Of a stretch of 64,000 bases of DNA, positions 14,244-52,370 are shown piece by piece. Origin of the DNA: Eledone cirrhosa (lineage: Eukaryota); NCBI GenBank assembly GCA_964016885.1, contig OZ024741.1:263376001-263440000 (forward strand), written 5' to 3'. The number at the start of each line of letters is the position of its first letter. Positions within the stretch are counted from its first letter, which is position 1. The notes below the pieces were generated by a model, which saw only the letters and a program-made list of their open reading frames with translations, had not been told where the DNA came from and ran no database searches. The translations under genes were made by a program, and so were the position numbers.

Positions 14244-15819
14244 AAAGGATTACGAAGGAGAATACAGACTGTTAGAACATGTTTATACAAAAGCACCTAC
14301 GTATATTTCGTCCGAAAAGGGCTTTTCAAGGGCATACAAGTCTAGAGACTGTTCAATACAGAACCCAGAGGGGTTTTAAGATGATAATCACATGTTTCAT
14401 TCAAATAGCCATGGCTGTTTAAATCACAGAGCAAGGGGAGTAACTCTGACCGGTGTTTGAATAAGTGTCCCGCAATGGCTTATTATCCGTTCACATGATG
14501 ATTGTATTCCACTACTATTTTATGGGTGCCACTTTACTACTGCTTAGTCAGACCGGATCTAAGAGGCATAGTTGGTGTACAGATGTTTAGTTATGCACCC
14601 TGCCCTCCGGCATGTTATGGTTTGGTGCAGGGGGACCCGGTTTATGGTGTTCAGATATCAACCGGGGTCCAACCATAGAATGACTGCTGTATTCTGTGTT
14701 TGCAGTTTATCTTCAGATTCTGCTCTGCTGTTGATGAGCTCTAGGGGTGCTCTTACGATATGGTAAAGGTCCATGAGACAGAGCTGGCACTTTCTCTTGA
14801 AGTTGTAAGGTGTTGCCCTGTTGACAATTTCCCAATATGTGGAGAAGCTGATGTTGGAGTCGTTCAATGTTGTGATGTAGTTGGCGAGTGATGTGGAGTA
14901 CCTTAGCTTCCTCTTTCTAAAAGAGTGGAGATGTGTTCAAAATCTAGTTTTGAACGAGCCAGAAATGGCCCCTATATAATGCTTGACGCTATTATGGTTA
15001 GTTACAGTGCACCTATAAATAACATTGTCTGTCAGGCAACTTCCCCTGAGCGGACAGCTTCCCCAGTTGCAGTGTCGGCCGCGGTCTCTGCTGCTGCGGG
15101 GGCTCCTAGTGCCCGAAGTAAGGCTATTACTATCACTACCTACGTTACTATCCAGACCACCGCCGCTATCTCTGTAGTTAGTACTATTATATCCCATGGC
15201 GCGTGGGTAGTACAATTATTACTCCGTGCGCCACAGCGCCTTCTGTTGCCGCTTCGCGACCCATACTGGTCGCCAGCATGCTCCCGTCTCGCCGCTGTTA
15301 TGGCGGTTGCATCCGTTGGAGCTGCCATGAATACTGTCGGGTGCTGCTAGGGAAACGTTAAGGCTATTAGGGTTGCTGTCAAGTCTAGACCTATCACTGC
15401 TATGGTGCAGTGTTTTGGTGAGTTTACTGTAATTAGTTATCCCTATGATGTCTTCTAGATTAGGTGTAGTGGAGAAGGATATTTTCATATTGTTCTTATT
15501 GAGGATTTTCCTGTACTTATGGTTGGGTGGGAAATTCTTCTCTAAGGCTTCGAAGAATATTCTAGGTAAGTCAGAGGCCACACTCCAAGGAGTTGGGAGG
15601 ATGGAACCATAAGACATAACGTTGGCAGTTACGCATAGCTGTGGCCTTATTACAGGTCATGTTGGCTAGGTAACCGTTCTTATTGTTGCTACTGTGTTGC
15701 AGCCTACTGCGCATCCCCTTCGCTTTATGCTCGAGTGCACTGGCCTTCCTTGTGTTATGTTTACGTGTAGCTAAACGCCGGTTGGAGGGTGTAGGTAATA
15801 GGCCATCGCTATTGTTAAT

Positions 15820-15820
<1 letters not shown>
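14243..15820 (-). mobile_element. 5'-truncated Penelope-like element (linker, GIY-YIG endonuclease, 3' region), degenerate
   Basis: KNFPPNHKYRKILNKNNMKISFSTTPNL; CPLRGSCLTDNVIYRC...YIG...SFKTRF; TSLANYI...WEIV...C.LCL...LINSRAE. Flanked by (TA)n and (GA)n. Confidence 0.88.
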
Positions 15821-15856
<36 letters not shown>

Positions 15857-16040
15857 CAGAAGACATTTATCCAAGGTACCTTGCAGTGGGATTGAACCCC
15901 AAACCATGTGGTTACAAATCAAACAACATAATCAGACAGCCATGTTTACACCAAGAACTCCACAATCTGGGGGATGAGGTTGGGAATGGGAGTGGGGGTT
16001 GGTATGTTCTTGAGGGGGGCATTTCACCTTATGCTTTGTT

Positions 16041-16046
16041 TTTATT
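16041..16046 (-). promoter_or_regulatory. Candidate polyadenylation signal of the ALLC-like gene
   Basis: AATAAA on the minus strand about 280 nt after the stop codon. Confidence 0.45.
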
Positions 16047-16327
16047 TGATTTTCAGTTTCTTGAATAATTTTGCCATCTTATACAGAAGAGCAGCAGTGT
16101 GGAGTGGAGAACAGCTTGGAGTGGAGTTTGTTGAGTGTGGAGTTTGTTGAGTGTGGAGTACAGCTGGAAGTGGGTAGAGCATGTGATGTGGGTTGTGGAG
16201 TACAGTTTGGAGTGTGGAGAATAGCTTGGGGTAGAGAATATCTGGAGTGTGGTATGGAGTAGGGAGCATAGTTTCGAGTGTGGAGCATTACTTGAAGTAT
16301 AGTGTTAAGCATCACTTGGAGCAGTTT

Positions 16328-38452
<22,125 letters not shown>

Positions 38453-39906
38453 CTTTCAGCAACATCTGGAAAAAAAAAAAGAAAAATAATAATCATAATC
38501 ATTGTTTTCATGTTGACTTTTTCATGCTAGCCTAGTGGTAAGTGTGTTGGACTTACGATCATAATGTCGTGGGTTCGATTTCCTGTATACTCAGCTGAAA
38601 ATAAATATCAGCAACAGCTGGGAGTTTAACCCTGTGATGGACAGGTGTTCTGTCCAGGGGAGAGTCTTGTATTCTCAGTTGCTTCATGCCACAGAAACTG
38701 GAATAAGTACCAGCCTGATGAGCCTCTGAGCGCAAGACAGACTTTAACCCTGTGATGGACGAGTGTCATGTCCAGTGGGAAGTCTTGTACTCTCAGTTGC
38801 TTCAAACCATGGAAACTGGGTTAAGTATCAGTCTCCGGGCTCAAGACAGACTTTAGAGCCTTTTTTTAGATTTGTTGCGCAGGACTTTTTGAAGCAACGT
38901 TTTACAGCCGGATGCCCTTCCTGACCAACTCCTTTAGTTACAGCTTACAACACACAGGGATATGGTGAACCTATTTTAAATTGGATACTCAATAACTGTT
39001 TCTAACATAAGTACAAAGCCAGTAATTGGGAAGTGGAGGAAGCTATTAAATCAACCCCAGTATGTTACTGGTACTTTATAATACTTACACTGGAAGGATA
39101 AAAGACACAGCTAACCCTGGCAGGAGTTGAACTATAGAATATAAAGGACCATAACTAAATGATGTCTGATGTTCTATTGAAATAACAATAATCTATATTA
39201 TAATTGTTTCTACTTTTGGCACAAGGCCAGCAATTATCCCAGTGTATTACTTGTACTTTATTTTATCGCCCCCGTAAGGATGAAAGGCAAAGTTAACCTC
39301 GGCAGGATTTGAACTCAGACTGTAAAAGGCCGTAACTCTTTGCTGCAAAGCATAGCAGAGTGTCCAACCCTCTACCGATACTGCCAATCCACCGCCCTAA
39401 TAATCTATATTATAATGAGGTAAAAAAAGGTTTGTGTGATCTTATCTCATCCATTTTCTTCCTTTTCTCCTTTCTTTCTATCACTTCCGCAACCCAACAC
39501 ACTTCTAGTCACTGATTTCTGTTCTTTGAGGTAAATTTTACCTCACACTGCCAATGATGGCATTTTGCTGTTTTAACAGCTTCCTTGCATTGAGTTCTCA
39601 TTATTCTCATCATCATCAACGTTTAACGTCCGTGTTCCACGCTTGCATGGGTTTGGACGGGGGTTTTCCCACTTGAGGCAAGAGTGATTGTCTTGCTCGC
39701 ATAGGACTGTCTGGCGGGTTTTCTACAGCTGGATGCCCTTCCTAACACCAACCACATTTACAGTGTGGGGCTGGGAGGTTTTTACCGTGTTACCTACACG
39801 GCCACATTACAGCGTGGACTGTGTGTTTTTTTGTCGTGACACCTACACAATCTCATTTGTTTCGGCCTGGATGTTGTGGCACCAACATAACTTTATTCTA
39901 TGTATG

Positions 39907-39956
<50 letters not shown>

Positions 39957-40429
39957 TAGAATAATGAGAACTCAATGCAAGGAAGCTGTTAACAAATATA
40001 TATATATATATATATTTGTTGAATAATGAGAACTATATATATATATATTTTTTTTTTATATTTACATTCAGTTGATGAAAGTTGGTTTATCAAATAATCT
40101 ACCGACCTTTTCATAAACAGACGTAAAGCACTCAACAATATGTATTCCTTAGGATTTTCTCTGTAAGATATCAACTGGAGAGAGACGGTTTTATTCTTGC
40201 ATCTCCATTTTATTATTTATTATTATTATATATATACACACACACACACGCACATATATACACTCTACATATAATGGTATCCAAGGGAGAGGCCATACAA
40301 CTTGGCACTAGTGTTGTTACAACTCATTTCTTCCAGCTGAGTGAACTGGAGCTATATAAAATAAAGTGTCTTGCTCAAGGACATATTATACATGCTACTC
40401 AATGGTTGCTATATATACATGACAGTGGC

Positions 40430-42270
<1,841 letters not shown>

Positions 42271-42367
42271 GAGGTATGTTGTGAAAAACCAACATACCAG
42301 CTGTTCCAATACTGTAAACATAGGAAGGTCATACAGATGTTTGTTTCAACTGGTATCTTTGGTAAGG

Positions 42368-45300
42368 GTGGTGGTGGTGGTGGTATTGTTGACAACGGTG
42401 GCGGCTGTAATGGTGGTGGTGGTGGTGGTATTGTTGACAACGGTGGAGGCTGTGGTGGTGGTGGTGGTGGTGGTGATGGTATTGTTGACAATGGTGGCGG
42501 CTGTAATGGTGGTGGTGATGGTATTGTTGACAACGGTGGAGGCTGTGATGGTGGTGGTGGTGGTATTGTTGACAACGGTGGCGGCTGTAATGGTGGTGGT
42601 GGTGGTGGTGGTGGTATTGTTGACAACGGTGGCGGCTGTAATGGTGGTGGTGGTGGTGGTATTGTTGACAACGGTGGAGGCTGTGGTGGTGGTGGTGGTG
42701 ATGGTATTGTTGACAATGGTGGCGGCTGTAATGGTGGTGGTGATGGTATTGTTGACAACGGTGGAGGCTGTGATGGTGGTGGTGGTGGTATTGTTGACAA
42801 CGGTGGCGGCTGTAATGGTGGTGGTGGTGGTGGTATTGTTGACAACGGTGGAGGCTGTGGTGGTGGTGGTGGTGATGGTATTGTTGACAATGGTGGCGGC
42901 TGTAATGGTGGTGGTGATGGTATTGTTGACAACGGTGGAGGCTGTGATGGTGGTGGTGGTGGTATTGTTGACAACGGTGGCGGCTGTAATGGTGGTGGTG
43001 GTGGTGGTGGTGGTATTGTTGACAACGGTGGCGGCTGTAATGGTGGTGGTGGTGGTGGTATTGTTGACAACGGTGGAGGCTGTGGTCGTGGTGGTGGTGA
43101 TGGTATTGTTGACAACGGTGGCGGCTGTAATGGTGGTGGTGGTGGTGGTATTGTTGACAACGGTGGGGGCTGTAATGATGGTGGTGGTGGTGGTGGTGGT
43201 AGTGATGGTATTGTTGACAACGGGGGCGGCTGTAATGGTGGTGGTGGTGGTGATGGTATTGTTGACAACGGTGGAGGCTGTAATGATGGTGGTGGTGGTG
43301 GTGGTGGTAGTGATGGTATTGTTGACAACGGTGGAGGCTGTAATGGTGGTGGTGGTGGTGGTATTGTTGACAACGGTGGAGGCTGTAATGGTGGTGGTGG
43401 TGGTGGTGGTGGTGGTATTGTTGACAACGGTGGAGGCTGTAATGGTGGTGGTATTGTTGACAACGGTGGAGGCTGTAATGGTGGTGGTGGTGGTGGTATT
43501 GTTGACAACGGTGGAGGCTGTAATGGTGGTGGTGGTGGTGGTGGTGGTGATGGTATTGTTGACAACGGTGGAGGCTGTAATGGTGGTGGTGGTGGTGGTG
43601 GTATTGTTGACAACGGTGGAGGCTGTAATGATGGTGGTGGTGGTGGTGGTGGTATTGTTGACAACGGTGGAGGCTGTAATGATGGTGGTGGTGGTGGTGG
43701 TGGTATTGTTGACAACGGTGGGGGCTGTAATGGTGGTGGTGGTGGTGGTGGTTGTGATGGTATTGTTGACAACGGTGGAGGTTGTGATGGTGGTGGTGGT
43801 GGTGATGGTATTGTTGACAACGGTAGCGGCTGTAATGGTGGTGGTGGTGGTATTGTTGACAACGGTGGAGGCTGTAATGGTGGTGGTGGTGGTGGTGGTG
43901 GTATTGTTGACAACGGTGGAGGCTGTAATGGTGGTGGTGGTGGTGGTGGTGGTGGTGATGGTATTGTTGACAACGGTGGAGGCTGTAATGGTGGTGGTGG
44001 TGGTGATGGTATTGTTGACAACGGTGGCGGCTGTAATGGTGGTGGTGGTATTGTTGACAACGGTGGGGGCTGTAATGATGGTGGTGGTGGTGGTGGTGGT
44101 AGTGATGGTATTGTTGACAACGGGGGCGGCTGTAATGGTGGTGGTGGTGGTGGTGATGGTATTGTTGACAACGGTGGAGGCTGTAATGATGGTGGTGGTG
44201 GTGGTGGTGGTAGTGATGGTATTGTTGACAACGGTGGAGGCTGTAATGGTGGTGGTGGTATTGTTGACAACGGTGGAGGCTGTAATGGTGGTGGTGGTGG
44301 TGGTGGTGGTGGTATTGTTGACAACGGTGGAGGCTGTAATGATGGTGGTGGTGGTGGTGGTGGTATTGTTGACAACGGTGGAGGCTGTAATGGTGGTGGT
44401 GGTGGTGGTAGTGATGGTATTGTTGACAACGGTGGCGGTTGTAATGGTGGTGGTGGTGGTGGTATTGTTGACAACGGTGGAGGCTGTAATGGTGGTGGTG
44501 GTGGTATTGTTGACAACGGTGGCGGCTGTAATGGTGGTGGTGGTGGTGGTGGTGGTATTGTTGACAACGGTGGAGGCTGTAATGGTGGTGGTGGTGGTAT
44601 TGTTGACAATGGTGGAGGCTGTAATGGTGGTGGTGGTGGTGGTGGTGGTAGTGATGGTATTGTTGACAACAGTGGCGGCTGTAATGGTGGTGGCGGTGGT
44701 GATGGTGGTATTGTTGACAACGGTGGAGGCTGTAATGGTGGTGGTGGTGGTGGTAGTGATGGTATTGTTGACAACGGTGGAGGCTGTAATGGTGGTGGTG
44801 GTGGTGGTATTGTTGACAACGGTGGAGGCTGTAATGGTGGTGGTGGTGGTGGTATTGTTGACAACGGTGGAGGCTGTAATGGTGGTGGTGGTGGTGGTGG
44901 TTGTGATGGTATTGTTGACAACGGTGGTGGCTGTAATGGTGGTGGTGGTGGTGGTGGTATTGTTGACAACGGTGGAGGCTGTAATGATGGTGGTGGTGGT
45001 GGTGGTGGTATTGTTGACAACGGTGGAGGCTGTAATGATGGTGGTGGTGGTATTGTTGACAACGGTGGAGGCTGTAATGGTGGTGGTAGTGATGGTATTG
45101 TTGACAACGGTGGAGGCTGTAATGATGGTGGTGGTGGTGGTGGTGGTATTGTTGACAACGGTGGAGGCTGTAATGGTGGTGGTGGTGGTATTGTTGACAA
45201 CGGTGGAGGCTGTAATGGTGGTGGTAGTGATGGTATCGTTGACAACGGTGGAGGCTGTAATGGTGGTGGTGGTGGTGGTGGTGGTGGTAGTGATGGTATT

Positions 45301-48300
45301 GTTGACAACGGTGGAGGCTGTAATGGTGGTGGTGGTGGTGGTGGTAGTGATGGTATTGTTGACAACGGTGGCGGCTGTAATGGTGGTGGTGGTTGTGGTA
45401 TTGTTGACAACGGTGGAGGCTGTAATGGTGGTGGTGGTGGTGGTGGTGGTAGTGATGGTATTGTTGACAACGGTGGAGGCTGTAATGGTGGTGGTGGTGG
45501 TGGTGGTGGTAGTGATGGTATTGTTGACAATGGTGGCGGCTGTAATGGTGGTGGTTGTGGTAGTGATGGTATTGTCGACAACGGTGGTGGCTGTAATGGT
45601 GGTGGTGGTGGTGGTGGTGGTAGTGATGGTATTGTTGACAACGGTGGTGGCTGTAATGGTGGTGGTGGTGGTGGTGGTGGTGGTGGTGGTGGTAGTGATG
45701 GTATTGTTGACAACGTTGGAGGCTGTAATGGTGGTGGTGGTGGTGGTGGTGGTAATGATGGTATTGTTGACAACGGTGGTGGCTGTAATGGTGGTGGTGG
45801 TGGTGGTGGTAGTGATGGTATTGTTGACAACGGTGGCGGCTGTAATGGTGGTGGTGGTGGTGGTATTGTTGACAACGGTGGGGGCTGTAATGTTGGTGGT
45901 GGTGGTGGTGGTGGTAGTGATGGTATTGTTGACAACGGTGGTGGTGGTGGGTGGTAGTGATGGTATTGTTGACAATGGTGGCGGCTGTAATGGTGGTGGT
46001 GGTGGTGGTGGTTGTGATGGTATTGTTGACAACGGTGGAGGTTGTGATGGTGGTGGTGGTGGTGATGGTATTGTTGACAACGGTAGCGGCTGTAATGGTG
46101 GTGGTGGTGGTATTGTTGACAACGGTGGCGGCTGTAATGGTGGTGGTGGTGGTGGTGGTATTGTTGACAACGGTGGAGGCTGTAATGGTGGTGGTGGTGG
46201 TATTGTTGACAATGGTGGAGGCTGTAATGGTGGTGGTGGTGGTGGTGGTGGTAGTGATGGTATTGTTGACAACAGTGGCGGCTGTAATGGTGGTGGCGGT
46301 GGTGATGGTGGTATTGTTGACAACGGTGGAGGCTGTAATGGTGGTGGTGGTGGTGGTAGTGATGGTATTGTTGACAACGGTGGAGGCTGTAATGGTGGTG
46401 GTGGTGGTGATATTGTTGACAACGGTGGAGGCTGTAATGGTGGTGGTGGTGGTGGTATTGTTGACAACGGTGGAGGCTGTAATTGTGGTGGTGGTGGTGG
46501 TGGTTGTGATGGTATTGTTGACAACGGTGGTGGCTGTAATGGTGGTGGTGGTGGTGGTGGTATTGTTGACAACGGTGGAGGCTGTAATGATGGTGGTGGT
46601 GGTGGTGGTGGTATTGTTGACAACGGTGGAGGCTGTAATGATGGTGGTGGTGGTATTGTTGACAACGGTGGAGGCTGTAATGGTGGTGGTGGTGGTGGTA
46701 TTGTTGACAACGGTGGAGGCTGTAATGGTGGTGGTGGTGGTATTGTTGACAACGGTGGAGGCTGTAATGGTGGTGGTGGTGGTGGTATTGTTGACAACGG
46801 TGGAGGCGGTAATGGTGGTGCTGGTGGTAGTGATGGTATCGTTGACAACGGTGGAGGCTGTAATGGTGGTGGTGGTGGTGGTGGTGGTAGTGATGGTATT
46901 GTTGACAACGGTGGAGGCTGTAATGGTGGTGGTGGTGGTGGTGGTGGTAGTGATGGTATTGTTGACAACGGTGGCGGCTGTAATGGTGGTGGTGGTTGTG
47001 GTATTGTTGACAACGGTGGAGGCTGTAATGGTGGTGGTGGTGGTAGTGATGGTATTGTTGACAACGGTGGAGGCTGTAATGGTGGTGGTGGTGGTGGTGG
47101 TAGTGATGGTATTGTTGACAACGGTGGAGGCTGTAATGGTGGTGGTGGTGGTGGTGGTGGTAGTGATGGTATTGTTGACAACGGTGGTGGCTGTAATGGT
47201 GGTGGTGGTGGTGGTGGTGGTAGTGATGGTATTGTTGACAACGTTGGAGGCTGTAATGGTGGTGGTGGTGGTGGTAGTGATGGTATTGTTGACAACGGTG
47301 GTGGCTGTAATGGTGGTGGTGGTGGTGGTGGTGGTAGTGATGGTATTGTTGACAACGGTGGCGGCTGTAATGGTGGTGGTGGTGGTGGTATTGTTGACAA
47401 CGGTGGGGGCTGTAATGATGGTGGTGGTGGTGGTAGTGATGGTATTGTTGACAACGGTGGTGGTGGTGGGTGGTAGTGATGGTATTGTTGACAATGGTGA
47501 CGGCTGTAATGGTGGTGGTGGTGGTGGTAGTGATGGTATTGTTGACAATGGTGGCGGCTGTAATGGTGGTGGTGGTGGTAGTGATGGTATTGTTGACAAC
47601 GGTGGAGGCTGTAATGGTGGTGGTGGTGGTAGTGATGGTATTGTTGACAATGGTGGCGGCTGTAATGGTGGTGGTGGTGGTGGTGGTGGTGTTAGTGATG
47701 GTATTGTTGACAACGGTGGAGGCTGTAATGGTGGTGGTGGTGGGTGGTGGTGGTGGTGGGTGGTGGTGGTAGTGATGGTATTGTTGACAATGGTGGAGGC
47801 TGTAATGGTGGTGGTGGTGGTGGTAGTGATGGTATTGTTGACAATGGTGGAGGCTGTAATGGTGGTGGTGGTGGTGGTATTGTTGACAACGGTGGCGGCT
47901 GTAATGGTGGTGGTGGTAGTGATGGTATTGTTTGACAATGGTGGAGGCTGTAATGGTGGTGGTGGTGGTGGTAGTGATGGTATTGTTGACAACGGTGGAG
48001 GCTGTAATGGTGGTGGTGGTTGTGGTATTGTTGACAACGGTGGCGGCTGTAATGGTGGTGGTGGTGGTGGTAGTGATGGTATTGTTGACAATGTTGGTGG
48101 TGGTGGTGGTGGTGGTGGTAGTTATGGTATTGTTGACAATGGTGGAGGCTGTAATGGTGGTGGTGGTGGTAGTGATGGTATTGTTGACAATGGTGGAGGC
48201 TGTAATGGTGGTGGTGGTGGTGGTGGTGGTATTGTTGACAATGGTGGAGGCTGTAATGGTGGTGGTGGTGGTGGTAGTGACGGTATTGTTGACAATGGTG

Positions 48301-50720
48301 GAGGCTGTAATGGTGGTGGTGGTGGTGGTGGTAGTGATGGTATTGTTGACAATGGTGGAGGCTGTATGGTGTTGGTGGTTGTGGTGGTGGTATTGTTGAC
48401 AACGGTGGCGGCTGTAATGGTGGTGGTGGTGGTAGTGATGGTATTGTTGACAATGGTGGAGGCTGTAATGGTGGTGGTGGTGGTGGTGGTGGTGGTAGTG
48501 ATGGTATTGTTGACAATGGTGGAGGCTGTAATGGTGGTGGTGGTGGTAGTGATGGTATTGTTGACAATGGTGGAGGCTGTAATGGTGGTGGTGGTGGTGG
48601 TTGTGGTATTGTTGACAATGGTGGAGGCTGTAATGGTGGTGGTGGTGGTGGTGGTGGTGGTGGTGGTGGTAGTGATGGTATTGTTGACTATGGTGGAGGC
48701 TGTAATGGTGGTGGTGGTGGTGGTGGTAGTGATGGTATTGTTGACAACGGTGGAGGCTGTAATGGTGGTGGTGGTTGTGGTATTGTTGACAATGGTGGAG
48801 GCTGTAATGGTGGTGGTGGTGGGTGGTGGTGGCAGTGATGGTATTGTTGACAACGGTGGAGGCTGTAATGGTGGTGCTGGTGGGTGGTGGTGGTAGTGAT
48901 GGTATTGTTGACAACGGTGGAGGCTGTAATGGTGGTGGTGGTGGTGGTGGTATTGTTGACAACGGTGGCGGCTGTAATGGTGGTGGTGGTGGTAGTGATG
49001 GTATTGTTGACAACGGTGGCGGCTGTAATGGTGGTGGTGGTGGTGGTGGTATTGTTGACAACGGTGGTGGTGGTGGTGGTAGTGGTGGTGGTGATGGTAT
49101 TGTTGACAATGGTGGTGGTGGTGGTGGTATTGTTGATAATGGTGGTGGTGGTGGTGGTGATGGTATAGTTGATAATGGTGATGGTGGTGGTGGTGGTGGT
49201 ATTGTTGATAATGGTGGTGGTGGTACTGATGGTATTGTTGATAATGGTGGTGGTGGTGGTAGTGGTGGTACTGATAGTATTGTTGATAATGGTGGTGGTG
49301 GTGGTAGTGGTGGTACTGATGGTATTGTTGATAATGGTGGTGGTGGTGGTAGTGGTGGTACTGATGGTATTGTTGATAATGGTGGTGGTGGTGGTGGTAG
49401 TGGTGGTACTGATGCTATTGTTGATAATGGTGGTGGTGGTGGTGGTGGTACTGAAGGTATTGTTGATAATGGTGGTGGTGGTGGTGGTGGTGGTAGTGGT
49501 GGCACTGATGGTATTGTTGATAATGGTGGTGGTGGTGGTAGTGGTGGTACTGATGGTATTATTGATAATGGTGGTGGTAGTGGTAGTGGTGGTACTGATG
49601 GTATTGTTGATAATGGTGGTGGTGGTACTGATGGTATTGTTGATAGTGGTGGTGGTGGTGGTGGTGGTACTGATGGTATTGTTGATAATGGTGGTGGTGG
49701 TGGTACTGATGGTATTGTTGATAATGGTGGTGGTAGTGGTGGTACTGATGGTATTGTTGATAATGGTGGTGGTGGTGGTACTGGTGGTACTGATGGTACT
49801 GTTGATAATGGTGGTGGTGGTGGTAGTGGTCGTACTGATGGTATTGTTGATAATGGTGGTGGTGGTGGTGGTAGTGGTGGTACTGATGGTATTGTTGATA
49901 ATGGTGGTGGTGGTACTGATGGTATTGTTGATAATGGTGGTGGTACTGATGGTATTGTTGATAATGGTGGTGGTGGTACTGATGGTATTGTTGATAATGG
50001 TGATGGTGGTGGTGGTGGTACCGATGGTATTGTTGATAATGGTGGTGGTGGTACTGATGGTATTGTTGATAATGGTGGTGGTGGTGGTAGTGGTGGTACT
50101 GATGGTATTGTTGATGGTGGTGGTGGTAGTGCTGGTACTGATGGTATTATTGATAATGGTTGTGGTGGTGGTGGTACTGATGGTATTGTTGATAATGGTG
50201 GTGGTGGTGGTAGTGGTGGTACTGATGGTATTATTGATAATGGTGGTGGTGGTGGTAGTGGTGGTACTGATGGTATTGTTGATAATGGTGGTGGTGGTAT
50301 TGTTGGTGGTGGTGGTATTGTTGATGGTGGTGGTAGTGGTGCTGATGGTATTGTTGATAATGGTAGTGATGGTGGTGTGGTGATGGTATTGTTGATAGTT
50401 GTGGTGGTGGTGGTGGTGATGATGTTAGTGGTGTTGATAGTTATAGTGATGGTGGCGATGATGTTGATAGTGATGATAATCGTGATGATGTGGTGGTTTT
50501 GGTGTTGTGTTGGTGTTGTTGGTGGTAGTGGTGGTGGTGTTGTTGGTGGTTGTGGTGGTGGTGGTGGAGGCTGTAATGGTGGTGGTTGCGGTGGCATTGT
50601 TAACAATGGTGGTGGTGGTTGTGGTACTGATGGTATTGTTGATAATGGTGGTGGTGATGGTGGTGGTATTGTTGATAGTGGTGGTGGTGGTGCTGATGGT
50701 ATTGTGACAACTGGCTTATA
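42368..50720. repeat. About 8.3-kb (GGT)n-spaced minisatellite
   Basis: Anchor ATTGTTGACAACGGTGGAGGCTGTAAT separated by variable (GGT)n. Confidence 0.98.
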
Positions 50721-51436
50721 TGATGTTGGTGATGAATATGATGGTGATGGCGGTAATGAACATGATAGTGTTGATATTGGTTGTGTTGCTGTTATTGAGC
50801 TTTATTTAACTCAACTCTGTAACAAGTAAGGCTATTGTCAAAAGCATTCCAACCATGACACCTCGTCCTCTTAGGGATATGTAGGACATTATCCAATGTG
50901 TTTCCTGTGAGGAGAGGCGGGTGATAACATTGCTGTTGTTGTAGTTCAACTCAACAAGACATTCCAGCTGTGACCAACCTATCTTATTTTCAAACAAAGT
51001 ATATCTAAGATTTCCAATGTGTTTCTTTCTTGAGATAGTTACTGTTCTAAGCTAGGGAACGCCTTCTCTATTCTGTCCACCGGAGCAGTGAGGAAGCCAG
51101 CATGTGGGCCCCTATTTGCTTATAATAGTGAAAGATGGGGAGAGCAGGAGGGACGGAGGCAGCAACAGTGGGAGTTTGGTTCCTTTGCGTTTCGACCTGG
51201 TGTATATGTCTATATTTAATTACTGCACCACAGCTGTATGTAGCTGAAACCTTATCGGGCCAGTGTTTATCCCAGTTTCCTTGGTGTTAAGTGACAGAGT
51301 ACAAGACTCCCCAATGGACAGGACGTCAGTCCATCGCAGGGTTAAAGTCTGTGTCGAGCTCGGAGGATCATCAGACCAGTGCTTATCCCGATTTCTGTGG
51401 CATAAGACTCCACACAGGACATATTTATATTTATAT

Positions 51437-51610
51437 AAGGGTTGGCTGAAATGTTCATAGGCTGACTATGAAAGAGTGATGCTAGAGCATGCATTTATTT
51501 CAACTTTTCTTATCAATAACTGCATTGTTTCTTTCCAGGGACTATGTTGAAAAGTAAACCTTCATGAGAATATCTTGGTCAGCCTATGGACTTTTCAGCC
51601 GACCCTCATA
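51437..51610. mobile_element. Mariner-derived MITE
   Basis: TAAGGGTTGGCTGAAATGTTCATAGGCTGAC ... GTCAGCCTATGGACTTTTCAGCCGACCCTCATA, with TA flanks. Confidence 0.7.
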
Positions 51611-52370
51611 TATATATATATATACAAAATTTAGTACAGCATCATCAAAGCTCTGGTTGCAGCCAAGCTAACGAATGCAATCTCGGTGTGCAGCTAAGCA
51701 CTCAATAGGGTATATTACCCTAGAGTTATAACATTACGTTTAGACAGCTTTGCAAATTGAAGACAGCGACCGATAGACGGGCCACAGTGACCATAGCGAC
51801 GAAAAAACTGAACTCAGGATATTATATAATAAGGAGTTGACGGACCCAGCATATTTATCAATGCCAGGACCGGTTGTATCTCAGCATACTACATGAGCAA
51901 TGTAAGATACATTCCCAGAGTATACACATAGTTATTCGCTTCAATACGACACACGTAAAATGGGTGCCTATAATAGTTCCCGGACTCAAGTTTCAGCCAC
52001 ACTTAATGTAGCAGTAGTGTGCACTGCACCCTCCGTCTGCATATATTATGCAACAATGCACAATCGGCTTATGCGGCTTCATCAGCGGGTATCGCCTAAT
52101 CAATAACCAATCGATCGATAGAATCCAAACCCCAGCCGATGCCGGTCATGACCGTTTGGTAAAGTGACTAGCAACTGGAAGCCGATACAACTCTGTCCTT
52201 CGACTAGCCACCGATTTACAAATTTTACGTGGTGGCAGGACAATAGAAAACTAATCTTTTCATTCCCGTCAAAAGCTCTCAGCCAATGTGTCTCACACAC
52301 AAATTAAGAGGTGAAAGGATGGTTATTAGAAATAGCAGTCCACATCGATGTATAATATATTATATATATT

